DNA from: Candidatus Omnitrophota bacterium
GTDB lineage: Bacteria > Omnitrophota > Gorgyraeia > Gygaellales > Profunditerraquicolaceae
Length of the DNA: 64,000 nucleotides
Direction: 5' to 3'
Assembly: GCA_028712375.1 (NCBI GenBank)
Contig: JAQTQG010000005.1
Span: forward strand, 7,393 to 71,392
A program made the translations under genes and the position numbers. Shown here one piece after another: positions 1 through 11,600 of the stretch. The notes under the pieces are model-generated. The model made no database searches. It was not told the DNA's origin and was given only the letters and a program-made list of their open reading frames with translations. How positions within the stretch are numbered: the stretch's first letter is position 1; the number at the start of each line of letters is the position of its first letter.

Positions 1-91
1 GATCATTAAAGCTAAAACCATCCTGGTTTGCGTGGATAAATCCCTTAAGCCGCAAGCCATCCCCGAAGACCTGCGTAAGAAATTAATATAG
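1..91 (+). CDS. 3' end of an upstream gene (partial, product unknown); reading frame 2 ends at TAG 89-91
   Basis: Open frame ...IIKAKTILVCVDKSLKPQAIPEDLRKKLI* runs in from the window edge; no recognisable motif. Confidence 0.3.
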   Translation, partial: IIKAKTILVCVDKSLKPQAIPEDLRKKLI

Positions 92-123
92 ATTCTCAAA
101 AGCATTAATTCTAGAGGTGAATA

Positions 124-627
124 ATGGATGATTTCCTAAGATTTTTAAAAATCAGGCGTAGTATCAGGGCGTTTCAAGCTAAAGCGATCCCGAAAAAGAA
201 GCTGGAAGCAATTGTGGATGCGGCCAGATTTGCCGCGACTGCCAGAAATTTACAGCCCTGGGAATTTGTGGTGATTACGGACAAAGAAGTATTAAGCAAA
301 TTGGCGGAGTTGGCGGATAATGGTAAATTTATCGCTCAAGCAGCCGCCTGTATCGCGGTTTTTTCCATCGATACTAAATATTTTCTGGAAGACGGCAGTG
401 CCGCTACATGCAATATTCTTCTGGCGGCGACAGCTTTAGGTATCGGTTCATGCTGGGTGGCCGGAGATAAAAAACCTTATTGTGCGCAGGTGAATGTTTT
501 ATTAAATGCTCCGGCGGGGACAAAACTAATAAGTATGGTTGCTTTAGGGTATCCTCAGGAAAAAAATGTTTTTAAGGCGGTTCCTAAAAAAGAATTACAA
601 GAAATGTTGCATTGGGAGAGGTTTTAA
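124..627 (+). CDS. nitroreductase family protein
   Basis: 167 aa; N-terminal RRSIRAF motif and overall NADH/FMN nitroreductase-like layout; SD-like AGAGGTG upstream. Confidence 0.7.
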   Translation: MDDFLRFLKIRRSIRAFQAKAIPKKKLEAIVDAARFAATARNLQPWEFVVITDKEVLSKLAELADNGKFIAQAAACIAVFSIDTKYFLEDGSAATCNILLAATALGIGSCWVAGDKKPYCAQVNVLLNAPAGTKLISMVALGYPQEKNVFKAVPKKELQEMLHWERF

Positions 628-926
628 TGCCTTCATCAGGATATGTTCAACTGAGCAGTTCAGGCTGTTTATTGCCGGCATTAATTATAGCCAATCTTTT
701 ATTTGGTAAGCTGATTTTTAATTCCACCGGCTTATGGCTTGGTGTAGAGGCGGTATTAGTTTTAATTTTTATACTTAAAGTTAGGTTGATGGTTTCCAGG
801 ATTAGCAGATTATTCCGGGCTGAAAACCCCGGCGGAGACTTTAGCCGGCAAAAAAATCATAAACCGGCGGGCAGGATTATTGATGTCCAGGGGCAGGAAG
901 TCGATGAGCATAAACAATTGGATTAA
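627..926 (+). CDS. small integral membrane protein (DUF2304-like, often paired with GT2 genes)
   Basis: TAATG stop/start overlap with the upstream gene; two hydrophobic helices; sits immediately upstream of a GT2 glycosyltransferase. Confidence 0.4.
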   Translation: MPSSGYVQLSSSGCLLPALIIANLLFGKLIFNSTGLWLGVEAVLVLIFILKVRLMVSRISRLFRAENPGGDFSRQKNHKPAGRIIDVQGQEVDEHKQLD

Positions 927-964
927 ATTTCCCCTGTTTGTTTAAATAACTGTTTTTTCTACAA

Positions 965-1678
965 ATGGCGATTAAACTTTCCCTGGTTATTCCCACTTAT
1001 AATGAAGCAGCGAATATCGCTGTTTTATGCCAGAAATTGATCAATGTCTTAAATACCTTTCCTTTTAATTGCGAGATTATCGTAGTTGATGATGATAGCC
1101 CGGATTCGACCTATAAAATCGTTGAAGAGTTGGCGCTGCAGGATGCCAGGATTAAGGTTTTTCGGCGCACAGCTGTCAGAGGATTGGCTCAAGCAGTAGT
1201 TTATGGTTGGAATAATTGCCGGGGAGAAATAATTGGAGTCATGGACGGTGATTTACAGCATCCTGCGGAATTACTTAAAACTATGTTAAACCAGATGTTG
1301 AGCGGGCAGGAGATTGATATTGTAATCGCCAGCAGGTATGTTGCCGGTGGAGGGATTTTAGTAAACAGCCTTTGGCAAAAAATCCGCTCAGCTCTGGCTA
1401 TTTTTCTTGGCTCTATTTTTCTTCCTGAAATATTCAAATCAGTTAAAGACCCGATGTCCGGGTATTTTATTTTGCGTAAAGAGGTAATTGCCGGCAGAAA
1501 GCTTGACCCTCTCGGGTATAAAATTCTTTTGGAAGTTTTAGTAATCGGTAAATATAGAAAAATTGCCGAAGTTCCTTATCTGTTTGGCAGAAGGCTGGCG
1601 GGGGTTACTAAGGCCGGCCTGAAAGAATGCCTGTTTTATTTAGCGCATCTGTTAAGATTAAAAAAAAGTAAAAAATAA
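965..1678 (+). CDS. family 2 glycosyltransferase, polyprenol/dolichol-phosphate mannosyl(glucosyl)transferase-like
   Basis: LSLVIPTYNE ... VVDDDSPDST ... GVMDGDLQHP motifs typical of DPM1-like GT2 enzymes. Confidence 0.75.
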   Translation: MAIKLSLVIPTYNEAANIAVLCQKLINVLNTFPFNCEIIVVDDDSPDSTYKIVEELALQDARIKVFRRTAVRGLAQAVVYGWNNCRGEIIGVMDGDLQHPAELLKTMLNQMLSGQEIDIVIASRYVAGGGILVNSLWQKIRSALAIFLGSIFLPEIFKSVKDPMSGYFILRKEVIAGRKLDPLGYKILLEVLVIGKYRKIAEVPYLFGRRLAGVTKAGLKECLFYLAHLLRLKKSKK

Positions 1679-1745
1679 ATTTTTAAATTAGAACATCCAA
1701 AAAGAATAACTGTCCGGCCTTATCTCTTAGGCAAGGTAATTGCTA

Positions 1746-1773
1746 TTGACAAGGTTTGCTTTTATGTTAAGAT
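1746..1773 (+). promoter_or_regulatory. sigma70-like promoter (TTGACA-16-TAAGAT) upstream of the H+-PPase gene
   Basis: TTGACA at 1746-1751, 16-nt spacer, TAAGAT at 1768-1773; about 65 nt before the RBS GGAG and ATG 1839. Confidence 0.4.
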
Positions 1774-1838
1774 ATCTTCTAATTTTTACCTTTAAGATAA
1801 ATAGTAAGAAGAACAAATTTTGAAAGGAGCGTAGTAAA

Positions 1839-3938
1839 ATGGGATTTGATTTGTTGTTATTGGCGCCGGTAGGTTCAATTTTAGCTTTAGGTTTTGCATT
1901 TTATCTGGCTTTGAGTGTTTTGAGGATGGATGAGGGTACGGATAAGATGAAAGAGATTGCCAGCGCTGTGCGCATAGGCGCCCAGGCTTATTTAAAAAGG
2001 CAGTATCTGGGTGTTTCTATGTTTTTTGTGGTGGTATTTTTTATTCTTCTGGCGATGGCTTTGAAGAATTATCTGGTAATATTTGTGCCGTTTGCTTTTT
2101 TAAGCGGCGGTATCTTTTCCGGGTTATCCGGTTTTATCGGTATGACCATTGCTACACAAGCTTCTAATCGTACTGCGCAAGCCGCATCCAAGAGTTTAAA
2201 TTCGGGATTGCGGGCGGCTTTTTCCAGCGGCGCGGTAATGGGCCTTACGGTTGTAGGGTTAGGTTTATTAGATTTGAGTATTTGGTATTATTTCCTGGAT
2301 TGGTATTATTCCTGCCATCCGATCCCGTTAGGCACAGACAAAATCGCGGCAATTACTTCTACTATGCTTTGTTTCGGTATGGGTGCCAGCTCAATGGCGC
2401 TTTTTGCCAGGGTAGGCGGAGGCATCTTTACTAAAGCTGCAGATGTCGGCGCAGACTTAGTAGGTAAAGTAGAAGCAGGCATTCCGGAAGATGATGCGCG
2501 TAACCCGGCAGTTATCGCGGATAATGTCGGTGATAATGTCGGTGATGTCGCCGGTATGGGTGCCGATCTTTACGAATCTTATGTTGGTTCAATTGTGGCT
2601 ACTTCGGCTTTAGGTGTGGCTGCCGGTTTAGGGATTGCCGGAGTTACCGTTCCGATGGTTATGGCGGCAGTAGGCGTAGTTGCTTCTATTATTGGTACTT
2701 TCTTTGTAAAAAGCGGTGAGCAAGCAAGCCAAAAAGTATTGCTGGCAGCTTTGAGAAAAGGAGTGTTTACTAGTTCTTTATTAGTGGCGGTAATTTCCTA
2801 TTTTCTTATCAGGCATACTCTGGGAGTTGAAAATCTTGGTGTTTATTGGTCGGTGTTGGCGGGTTTAGTCGCGGGGGTGTTAATTGGTTTAGTTACTGAA
2901 TATTATACTTCCAGCGGTTTTAAGCCTACCCGTACAATTGCCGAAGCTTCTTTGACCGGGCCGGCCACTGTGATTATCGGCGGCATTGCGGTGGGGATGA
3001 TGTCTACCGCCATTCCGGTGATTATTGTGTGCGTGGCTATTTTAGCAAGTTTTTATTTGTCCGGTGGCGCGGCAAATTTTAATTCCGGGCTTTATGGAAT
3101 TGCAATTTCCGCGGTTGGCATGCTTTCTACCTTAGGCATCACTTTGGCAACCGATGCTTATGGCCCGGTAGCGGATAATGCCGGCGGTAACGCTGAGATG
3201 TCCAAATTACCTCCTGAAGTAAGGAAGCGTACTGATGCTTTGGATTCTTTAGGAAATACAACCGCGGCAACCGGTAAAGGGTTTGCGATTGGTTCAGCCG
3301 CTTTAACGGCGCTAGCCTTGATTGCGGCGTATAAAGACCAGGTTATGCTCTTCGGGAAAGACATAAATGCTAATATGATGAATCCAACAGTATTAGTGGG
3401 TTTGTTTTTAGGCGGGATGATGCCATTTTTATTTTGCTCTATGACGATGCGCGCGGTAGGAAGAGCTGCCGGTAAAATTGTAGTAGAAGTGCGCAGGCAG
3501 TTTAAGGAAATTGTTGGTATTATGGAAGGCAAGGCTAAGCCTGATTATGCGCGTTGTGTGACTATTGCTACTGCCGCTGCGCAGAAAGAAATGATTGCGC
3601 CTTCCCTTTTAGCGATTACTGCTCCTATAGCAGTGGGTTTATTAATCGGGATTGATGCGGTTGCCGGGTTATTGGTGGGCGCAACGGTAACCGGTTTTGT
3701 TTTAGCGGTAATGATGGCTAACTCCGGTGGTGCCTGGGATAACGCTAAAAAATATGTCGAAGAAGGTAACCATGGCGGTAAAGGGTCAGCCGCGCATAAG
3801 GCTACAGTAGTTGGCGATACAGTTGGCGATCCGTTTAAGGATACTTCCGGGCCCAGTTTAAACATATTAATTAAGCTGATGTCTATGGTTTCGATTGTTT
3901 TTGCTTCATTTATTATTAAAAATACATTGCTTAAGTAA
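1839..3938 (+). CDS. hppA: membrane-bound proton/sodium-translocating pyrophosphatase
   Basis: 699 aa polytopic; [19 protein letters not shown] and [21 protein letters not shown] signature motifs of V-type H+-PPases. Confidence 0.9.
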   Translation: MGFDLLLLAPVGSILALGFAFYLALSVLRMDEGTDKMKEIASAVRIGAQAYLKRQYLGVSMFFVVVFFILLAMALKNYLVIFVPFAFLSGGIFSGLSGFIGMTIATQASNRTAQAASKSLNSGLRAAFSSGAVMGLTVVGLGLLDLSIWYYFLDWYYSCHPIPLGTDKIAAITSTMLCFGMGASSMALFARVGGGIFTKAADVGADLVGKVEAGIPEDDARNPAVIADNVGDNVGDVAGMGADLYESYVGSIVATSALGVAAGLGIAGVTVPMVMAAVGVVASIIGTFFVKSGEQASQKVLLAALRKGVFTSSLLVAVISYFLIRHTLGVENLGVYWSVLAGLVAGVLIGLVTEYYTSSGFKPTRTIAEASLTGPATVIIGGIAVGMMSTAIPVIIVCVAILASFYLSGGAANFNSGLYGIAISAVGMLSTLGITLATDAYGPVADNAGGNAEMSKLPPEVRKRTDALDSLGNTTAATGKGFAIGSAALTALALIAAYKDQVMLFGKDINANMMNPTVLVGLFLGGMMPFLFCSMTMRAVGRAAGKIVVEVRRQFKEIVGIMEGKAKPDYARCVTIATAAAQKEMIAPSLLAITAPIAVGLLIGIDAVAGLLVGATVTGFVLAVMMANSGGAWDNAKKYVEEGNHGGKGSAAHKATVVGDTVGDPFKDTSGPSLNILIKLMSMVSIVFASFIIKNTLLK

Positions 3939-3956
3939 TTAAAGTTACTCAATAAA

Positions 3957-4009
3957 GGGGATCGTTTCTATTTTGCTTTAAAAAAATAGAAACGGTCCCC
4001 TTATTTTTT
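3957..4009 (+). terminator. rho-independent terminator after hppA
   Basis: 18-bp stem GGGGATCGTTTCTATTTT / AAAATAGAAACGGTCCCC with one mismatch, followed by TTATTTTTT. Confidence 0.65.
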
Positions 4010-4089
4010 CTCCTGTAAAATAGGAAAATGCCTTTTTCTTTCGACAATTTTCTGTTTATTTCCCCCTTTTTAGTATTATAATATAAATA

Positions 4090-4689
4090 ATGAATGATTT
4101 GGAGCTTCTCCAAAGCTGCCTAAAGGGCCAGAAACAGGCTTGGGCTGAATTCCTCTTGCGTTATTCCCGCCTAATCTATAATTATATTCACAGTGTTTTA
4201 TCGATTAAGGGGCGCGCTGCTTCTGCGGAGCAGGTTGATGATATCTTTCAGGAAATATTCCACTCTTTAATTAAAGATAATTGTAAAAAACTAGCTTCTT
4301 ACCGTGGCAAAAACGGCTGTTCTTTGGCCAGTTGGCTAAGGCAGGTGACTATTAATTTTACGATTGACTATTTACGTAAACTTAAGCCAATCTCATCTAT
4401 TGATGTTCAGGATGAGGATGGATTTAGCCTGAGCGATTCATTGGCGGATCTTTCTCCTGGAGCGGTTGAATTTTTAAATGACCAGGACAAGCGTAAAACT
4501 TTAACTGAATGTATCGGATTGCTGGAATCAGAAGAACAGTATTTTCTGGAATTGTTATTAAATCAAGGGCTAACCTTAGATGAGATTAAGGATTCTTTTA
4601 AGATTAACCGGGGAGCGGTAGATATGCGTAAAAGCCGGATCTTAGAAAAGCTGCAGGATTGTTTTAAGAAAAAAGGATTTTTAGGTTAG
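4090..4689 (+). CDS. ECF-type RNA polymerase sigma factor (sigma-70 family, regions 2 and 4 only)
   Basis: 199 aa; region-2-like block DDIFQEIFHSLIK...SWLRQVTINFTIDYLRK and C-terminal HTH LTLDEIKDSFKINRGAVDMRKSRILEKL. Confidence 0.75.
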   Translation: MNDLELLQSCLKGQKQAWAEFLLRYSRLIYNYIHSVLSIKGRAASAEQVDDIFQEIFHSLIKDNCKKLASYRGKNGCSLASWLRQVTINFTIDYLRKLKPISSIDVQDEDGFSLSDSLADLSPGAVEFLNDQDKRKTLTECIGLLESEEQYFLELLLNQGLTLDEIKDSFKINRGAVDMRKSRILEKLQDCFKKKGFLG

Positions 4690-4729
4690 ATTTATCTTAT
4701 TTAGGCGTCTATTAAGGTGTGGGGGAGAA

Positions 4730-5434
4730 ATGAATAATTATTTTGAACGGATAGTGAAAGTTGTCTATCGGGAATGGAAAACTGCTAACCGGGTTATCGA
4801 AAAAGATCATCCGGACGCAGAGCTTCTGGCTTGTTTTCTGGAAGGCAATTTACCTGCGCAAGAAAAAGAAATAATCCAGAAACATATTGTTCGGTGCGGT
4901 CTATGTTCCGAATATTTAAGTGCTCAGCTTAGAATACAGCCGCATTTGAGTTTAGATGTTCCTGACCCGTTGCTGGAGAAGGTTGGAAAACTAGTCAAAG
5001 CTGCCGGCCGGGAAAACCTGTTAGAAGTATTTCTTCAGCTTAGAGACAAGGCTTTAGGGATTATCCAGACTTCCGGAGATGTCCTTTTCGGGCAGGAATT
5101 AATCCCTGCTTCGTTGTTACGTAGCAGAAAAATTAATGAATTCAAGGAAGAGGTAAGTATTTTAAAAGACCTGCAGCGGATTAGAGTGATGATTAAAGTC
5201 CAGAGTAAGTCTGCTCAAAGTTTTAATTTAATAATTGCGGTTAAAGATAAACAGGGGCGGGTATTGAATAAAGAATTACGGGTTACTTTACTTAAGGAGG
5301 GCGTAGAGTTGGAATCTTATGTTATGGATTCTGAAAGCAGCTCTTTTGAAAATATTCCCCCCGGTGATTATCAGCTGGAGATTAGCCGTAAAGGAGAGAA
5401 TGAGGCAGTGATTGATTTAAGGGTCAAGGCTTAA
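4730..5434 (+). CDS. putative soluble zinc-finger (ZAS-like) anti-sigma factor
   Basis: Lies 40 nt downstream of the ECF sigma gene; HIVRCGLC = H-x3-C-x2-C anti-sigma zinc-finger motif; no hydrophobic TM segment; good SD GGGGGAG. Confidence 0.5.
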   Translation: MNNYFERIVKVVYREWKTANRVIEKDHPDAELLACFLEGNLPAQEKEIIQKHIVRCGLCSEYLSAQLRIQPHLSLDVPDPLLEKVGKLVKAAGRENLLEVFLQLRDKALGIIQTSGDVLFGQELIPASLLRSRKINEFKEEVSILKDLQRIRVMIKVQSKSAQSFNLIIAVKDKQGRVLNKELRVTLLKEGVELESYVMDSESSSFENIPPGDYQLEISRKGENEAVIDLRVKA

Positions 5435-5437
5435 TTT

Positions 5438-7633
5438 ATGTTATCCGGGAAAATATTGATTTTAGAAGTTTTTAGGCAGGAGAATTCTCTTAGAATAGGT
5501 TTATTTGATCAGGGCCAAGCTACCCCCACCTTGCGGCATTATCGCCAAGTGGGGGTTTCTTTTTCAGAGCTAAAACATCTCAGTCTAGAGATGATTGAGG
5601 TGCTTAACCGCAAGGCCGTTGATAAGGCAAGCCGGCTTGAACAGCTGAAGGATTTGGAGAAAATCGGCCGCCTGTTTTGGGATCATCTGCTTAGCCGCTC
5701 AATTAAAGAAAGGTTGAAAAACAGCCAGCATGCGTCTCTGGTGCTTTCTTTAGATGAGGAGTTAATCTATATCCCCTGGGAATTAATTTTTGATGGAACT
5801 GATTTTCTTTGCCTGAAATTCAGCTTAGGCAGATTGGTGCGTAGCAAAGGGGATGGCACTAGCTTGCAATACCGCGAGCTGTCTGACAGCTTAAGAATGC
5901 TGGTTTTAGCCGATCCGAACGCAGATTTGAATTCCGCTTATGCGGAAGGATTAAATATTAAGAATCAATTTAACCACAAAACTAAAAAAGTCCGCCTGGA
6001 TTTTAAATCCCGGAATATCAATAAACATTATGTGAAAAAGAATATTTGTGATTATGATATCGTGCATTTTGCCGGGCATTGCGAATTCGATAAGTCAGAG
6101 ACTAAGGGCAGCGGCTGGGTTTTAAGCGATGGCGTCTTTAGTGTAGATGATATTCTTAAAATGGGGCAAAGCTGCAGTTTGCCAGCCATGGTATTCTCTA
6201 ATGCCTGCCATTCGGCAGAGGTTAACCCCGCCTTAATTGATACGGAATATCAGCTTGCGAATTATAGCATGGCGAGTGCTTTTTTGTTTTCCGGAGTCCG
6301 GCATTATATTGGTTCAATCCGTAAAATTGAGGATGGAGCTAGTTTGGTGTTTGCGCGGGAATTTTATGCCAAGCTTATTTCGGGAGTAAGCGTAGGGGAA
6401 TCCTTGCGGTCAGCTAAATTAAAGTTGGTTAAGGATTATGGGCTGGCTAGTTTGCATTGGGTAAATTACCTGCTTTATGGCGATCCGGGCTTTATTTTTT
6501 TTAAAATTCCCAAACACCGGGAGTTCAGGCCAAAGCCACTTATGTTTTCTAGAAAAATTCTGGTTAAAACCGGGCTGGCCGTTATATTAGTTGGTTTATG
6601 TATTTTTCTGGGTTTTTGGCTGCCCAAAGCGAATCCCACAAAGTTATATTTATATCTTAACGCTGTTTCAGAGTTCCGTAAGGGGAATAATCAGGAAGTA
6701 ATCGTCTTGGGCCAGAAGGTTATGAATAAAGACCAGGATTTTCTGGCAGTTTACCCGCTGCTTGCCGGAGCCTACCAGCGCTTAGGGGATAAAAATAAGG
6801 CGCTTAAGTACTATTCTGAATATATGTTGAGTAGCGAAAAATTAAATGACCTGGGGCATCTGGGGCTTGCCTATATAAAACTTGGATGGTCTTACCAGGC
6901 GGATGGGCAATATGAAAAAGCCAAAGAGTTATATGAAAAAGCAATAAATTTAAGCCGGCAAACAAAGAATAAGCTGAATGAAGCGTTAGCCTTAAGAAAA
7001 CTGGCAGTCTGGCATATTGATAAAGGAAATTATGATCAAGCACTGGATTTATTAACTAAAAGTGCGGCTATTAATTTAGAATATCCAGGAAAATTCGATA
7101 ATATAAAAAACCTGGCTTGTGATTATTTTGATATCGGGTTGGTTTTTACGAATAAAAATGATTATGCGGCGGCTAAAGATTTTTATGGCAAAAGCCAAAA
7201 AATATTCCAGAAGTTAAAATTATATAATGAATTAAGCGATTGCTATTACAATTTAGGGGAAATTTACTTTTTTGAAAAACAATACTTAAAGGCATTAGAT
7301 TATTACTATAAAGGATTAAGGTTGGATCAAAAACATGATAATAAAGTAAATTTAGCTTGTGGCTATAATATGATCGGAGAGCTTTACTTGGAGATGGATA
7401 ATTTAGATAAGGCGGAAGGATATTTTAAGCAGTCCATAGCATTATCTGAGAAAATCAACAGCCGGATGGACTTGGCTTGCGCGAATCACAATCTGGGCTT
7501 GTTGTATAAAAAGAGCCGCAGGAAGAATTTGGCCCGCGATCATCTGCGCCGGGCGCAAGAAATATACAGCTTAGTGGATCAAGAAGAGTATCAGCAGATC
7601 CGCAAAGAAATATCAGAGCTGGATTCCCTTTAA
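5438..7633 (+). CDS. CHAT-domain (caspase-like peptidase) protein with one transmembrane helix and a C-terminal TPR repeat array
   Basis: The N-terminal ~350 aa carry DIVHFAGHCEF (His) and MVFSNACHSAE (Cys) dyad motifs; TM helix ILVKTGLAVILVGLCIFLGFWL lies after a basic stretch; six or more TPR-like repeats follow (LGDKNKALKYY, YEKAKELYEKAI, YDQALDLL, AKDFYGKSQKIF, YLKALDYYYKGL, LDKAEGYFKQSI); 3-nt gap from the anti-sigma gene. Confidence 0.6.
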   Translation: MLSGKILILEVFRQENSLRIGLFDQGQATPTLRHYRQVGVSFSELKHLSLEMIEVLNRKAVDKASRLEQLKDLEKIGRLFWDHLLSRSIKERLKNSQHASLVLSLDEELIYIPWELIFDGTDFLCLKFSLGRLVRSKGDGTSLQYRELSDSLRMLVLADPNADLNSAYAEGLNIKNQFNHKTKKVRLDFKSRNINKHYVKKNICDYDIVHFAGHCEFDKSETKGSGWVLSDGVFSVDDILKMGQSCSLPAMVFSNACHSAEVNPALIDTEYQLANYSMASAFLFSGVRHYIGSIRKIEDGASLVFAREFYAKLISGVSVGESLRSAKLKLVKDYGLASLHWVNYLLYGDPGFIFFKIPKHREFRPKPLMFSRKILVKTGLAVILVGLCIFLGFWLPKANPTKLYLYLNAVSEFRKGNNQEVIVLGQKVMNKDQDFLAVYPLLAGAYQRLGDKNKALKYYSEYMLSSEKLNDLGHLGLAYIKLGWSYQADGQYEKAKELYEKAINLSRQTKNKLNEALALRKLAVWHIDKGNYDQALDLLTKSAAINLEYPGKFDNIKNLACDYFDIGLVFTNKNDYAAAKDFYGKSQKIFQKLKLYNELSDCYYNLGEIYFFEKQYLKALDYYYKGLRLDQKHDNKVNLACGYNMIGELYLEMDNLDKAEGYFKQSIALSEKINSRMDLACANHNLGLLYKKSRRKNLARDHLRRAQEIYSLVDQEEYQQIRKEISELDSL

Positions 7634-7650
7634 AAAAGATAGAAAATTAC

Positions 7651-7678
7651 TTGACAGTTATTTAATTTAGGTTATACT
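7651..7678 (+). promoter_or_regulatory. sigma70-like promoter TTGACA-16-TATACT for the rrf2/sulfur amino-acid operon
   Basis: TTGACA 7651-7656, 16-nt spacer, TATACT 7673-7678. Confidence 0.5.
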
Positions 7679-7702
7679 CTACTATGTTAATAGAGTTAGT
7701 AG
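7679..7702 (+). promoter_or_regulatory. inverted repeat CTACTA-N12-TAGTAG immediately downstream of the -10; candidate Rrf2 (CymR/IscR-type) operator
   Basis: Perfect 6-bp inverted arms overlapping the predicted transcription start of the rrf2 gene. Confidence 0.3.
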
Positions 7703-7737
7703 GGTAAAGCTTGATAACTGACAGGCAGGGAGAACAG

Positions 7738-8178
7738 ATGAAAATTACATACAAAGGTGATTACGCTTTAAAGGCGCTTTTGGATTTAGCGCTGCATTAT
7801 GAAAAGGGATTGTCTACGATTAATGATGTGGCTAAACATATTGATGCCCCGGTAAAATTTTTAGAGCAGGTGCTTTTAGATTTAAAAAAAGGCGGGTTTG
7901 TGGAGAGTAAGCGCGGTAACGTTGGCGGGTATCAACTGGCTAAGGATCCTGCGGATATTACTTTAGGGCAGGTGATCCGTTATATTGACGGGCCGATTGA
8001 ACCGATTGGCTGCGTGGAAAAAGGGTATTCTAATTGTGTTGATTTACGCAAGTGTGTATTTAAAGGGATTTGGCAAAGAGTAGGGCAAGCGACTTCAGAA
8101 ATTATCGACAATATAAATTTTGCAGATTTGGCGGTTCAGATTAATCGTAAACAGGATACATTCGCTTATACAATTTAA
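7738..8178 (+). CDS. Rrf2 family transcriptional regulator (CymR/IscR-like)
   Basis: MKITYKGDYALKALLDLALH N-terminus is typical of the Rrf2 wHTH family; three Cys near the C-terminus (CVEKGYSNCVDLRKC); start moved to ATG 7738 with SD AGGGAG. Confidence 0.75.
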   Translation: MKITYKGDYALKALLDLALHYEKGLSTINDVAKHIDAPVKFLEQVLLDLKKGGFVESKRGNVGGYQLAKDPADITLGQVIRYIDGPIEPIGCVEKGYSNCVDLRKCVFKGIWQRVGQATSEIIDNINFADLAVQINRKQDTFAYTI

Positions 8179-8200
8179 TAATTACGAAAGGGGTAAATAA

Positions 8201-9496
<1,296 letters not shown>

Positions 9497-9507
9497 AGGA
9501 GAATAAT

Positions 9508-10443
9508 ATGGCTGAAATATTTTCTGATATTACTAAGACCGTAGGCAATACTCCTTTAGTAAAGCTAAATCGGATTGCTGAAGGGCTGCCAGCTACAGTC
9601 CTGGTAAAAATAGAATCATTTAACCCTCTTTCCAGTGTTAAAGACCGCATCGGTGTAGCCATGATCGAAGACGCGGAAAAAAGAGGGGTACTTAAAAAAA
9701 AATCCACAATTGTTGAGCCGACCAGCGGTAATACCGGCGTAGCTTTGGCTTTTGTGGCGGCAGCCAAGGGTTATAAGTTGATCCTGACTATGCCGGATAC
9801 GATGAGCGTAGAAAGAAGGCAGCTTTTAGCGATTTTCGGGGCGCAATTGGTATTAACTCCCGGTGCCGAAGGAATGAAAGGCGCAGTTAAAAAAGCAGAG
9901 GAGTTAGCGCAAGAAATTCCGGATGCGGTTATTTTACAACAGTTTAATAATCCGGCTAATCCTGAAATTCACCGTAAAACTACGGCCGAAGAAATTTGGA
10001 ACGATACTGATGGAAAGATTGATATTTTGGTATCCGGGGTTGGTACGGGCGGTACAATTACCGGAATTGCCGAAGTAATTAAAAAAAGAAAACCATCTTT
10101 TAAAGCGATTGCCGTTGAGCCGGATGCTTCTCCCGTTTTATCCGGAGGGGCACCTGGGCCACATAAAATTCAAGGTATTGGAGCAGGTTTTATCCCCCAG
10201 GTTCTTAATAAAGAGATAATTGATGAAGTTATCCGGGTGACTAATGATGATGCCGGCTCTACTACCCGGGCGCTGGCTAAATCCGAAGGGGTTTTAGCGG
10301 GTATCTCAAGCGGGGCAGCTTTGTGGGCAGCTTTAGAAGTAGCCAAACGTAAAGAAAATAGAGGGAAAGTTATCGTAGTTATCCTTCCGGACACCGGTGA
10401 GAGGTATTTGACTACTTGGCTTTTTCAAGAGGTAAAAGGATGA
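9508..10443 (+). CDS. cysK: cysteine synthase (O-acetylserine sulfhydrylase)
   Basis: [14 protein letters not shown]-lysine motif, TSGNTG and [10 protein letters not shown] loops. Confidence 0.85.
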   Translation: MAEIFSDITKTVGNTPLVKLNRIAEGLPATVLVKIESFNPLSSVKDRIGVAMIEDAEKRGVLKKKSTIVEPTSGNTGVALAFVAAAKGYKLILTMPDTMSVERRQLLAIFGAQLVLTPGAEGMKGAVKKAEELAQEIPDAVILQQFNNPANPEIHRKTTAEEIWNDTDGKIDILVSGVGTGGTITGIAEVIKKRKPSFKAIAVEPDASPVLSGGAPGPHKIQGIGAGFIPQVLNKEIIDEVIRVTNDDAGSTTRALAKSEGVLAGISSGAALWAALEVAKRKENRGKVIVVILPDTGERYLTTWLFQEVKG

Positions 10444-11600
10444 TTAAAGAAAAAAAGATAATTCAGAATGGACATCTTGGCATCGTGCAGGAGCAGGCGT
10501 TTACTTTTGATGCGCTTAAGCTGGAAAGCGGGGAGAAATTCGGCCCGGTTACTTTGGCTTATGAAACTTATGGTGTTTTGAATAAGGAGCGTTCTAACGC
10601 CATTTTAATTACCCATGCTCTTTCAGGAGATGCGCATGCTGCCGGAGTGCATGCAGGCCAGGATAATCCGGGTTGGTGGGATGAATTTATCGGCCCAGGC
10701 AAAGCATTTGACACGGACAGGTATTTTATTATTTGTTCTAATGTCCTGGGCGGGTGTAAAGGTTCAACCGGGCCATCGAGTATTAATCCCAAGACAGGCA
10801 AGCCTTATGCTTTGGATTTTCCTCTGATTACGATTAATGATATAGTAAATGCCCAGAAAAATTTAATTGACCATTTAGGGATAGAAAAACTTCTTTCTGT
10901 AGTGGGCGGCTCAATGGGCGGGCAGCAGGTTTTATCCTGGCTAGTTAATTATCCGGGCAGCTTACGCAGCGCTGTGCCGATTGCCACCACCATCAAACAC
11001 TCTCCGCAACAGATTGCTTTTAACGAAGTGGGCAGGCAGTCGATTATGGCCGATAGCCATTGGAAATCCGGCAATTATTATGATGGGGCAGCTCCGACTA
11101 AAGGATTGGCAGTGGCCAGGATGATTGGGCATATTACTTACATGAGTGATAAATCCATGGCGGAGAAGTTTGGCCGGGCCAAGAAAGATGCCGGAGAACC
11201 GTTTAAATTTACCGCGGATTTCGAGGTTGAGGGGTATTTGCGTTACCGCGGGGATAATTTTGTGAAACGCTTTGATGCCAATTCCTATCTTTATATAACC
11301 AAAGCCATGGATAATTTTGATGCTACGGCCAAGCGGCCTTTACAGGAAATTTTACAAGGCTCTTCAGTTAAGGTTTTAGTTATTTCTTTTAAGTCGGATT
11401 GGCTCTATCCGGCATATCAATCCAAAGAAATTGTGAAAGCCTGTAAACTGGCGGAAGTGGAGACTACTTATTGCGAAATCGACTCTACTTATGGCCACGA
11501 TGCTTTTTTGCTTGAGGTGCAGGAGGAATCGCATTTAATTAAGCACTTTCTTAAAAAAGTATTTTATGCTTATGAGGTGACTGGTGAATATGGCGCGTAA
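10440..11600 (+). CDS. metX: homoserine O-acetyltransferase
   Basis: ATGA overlap with cysK; alpha/beta-hydrolase nucleophile elbow GGSMGG and [13 protein letters not shown] typical of MetX. Confidence 0.85.
   Translation: MIKEKKIIQNGHLGIVQEQAFTFDALKLESGEKFGPVTLAYETYGVLNKERSNAILITHALSGDAHAAGVHAGQDNPGWWDEFIGPGKAFDTDRYFIICSNVLGGCKGSTGPSSINPKTGKPYALDFPLITINDIVNAQKNLIDHLGIEKLLSVVGGSMGGQQVLSWLVNYPGSLRSAVPIATTIKHSPQQIAFNEVGRQSIMADSHWKSGNYYDGAAPTKGLAVARMIGHITYMSDKSMAEKFGRAKKDAGEPFKFTADFEVEGYLRYRGDNFVKRFDANSYLYITKAMDNFDATAKRPLQEILQGSSVKVLVISFKSDWLYPAYQSKEIVKACKLAEVETTYCEIDSTYGHDAFLLEVQEESHLIKHFLKKVFYAYEVTGEYGA

Noticed and set aside
3158-3952. Two minus-strand ORFs (124 and 135 aa)
   Set aside because: Both are antisense within the H+-pyrophosphatase gene. 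They are Ala/Pro-rich, typical of the reverse frame of a GC-richer membrane-protein gene.
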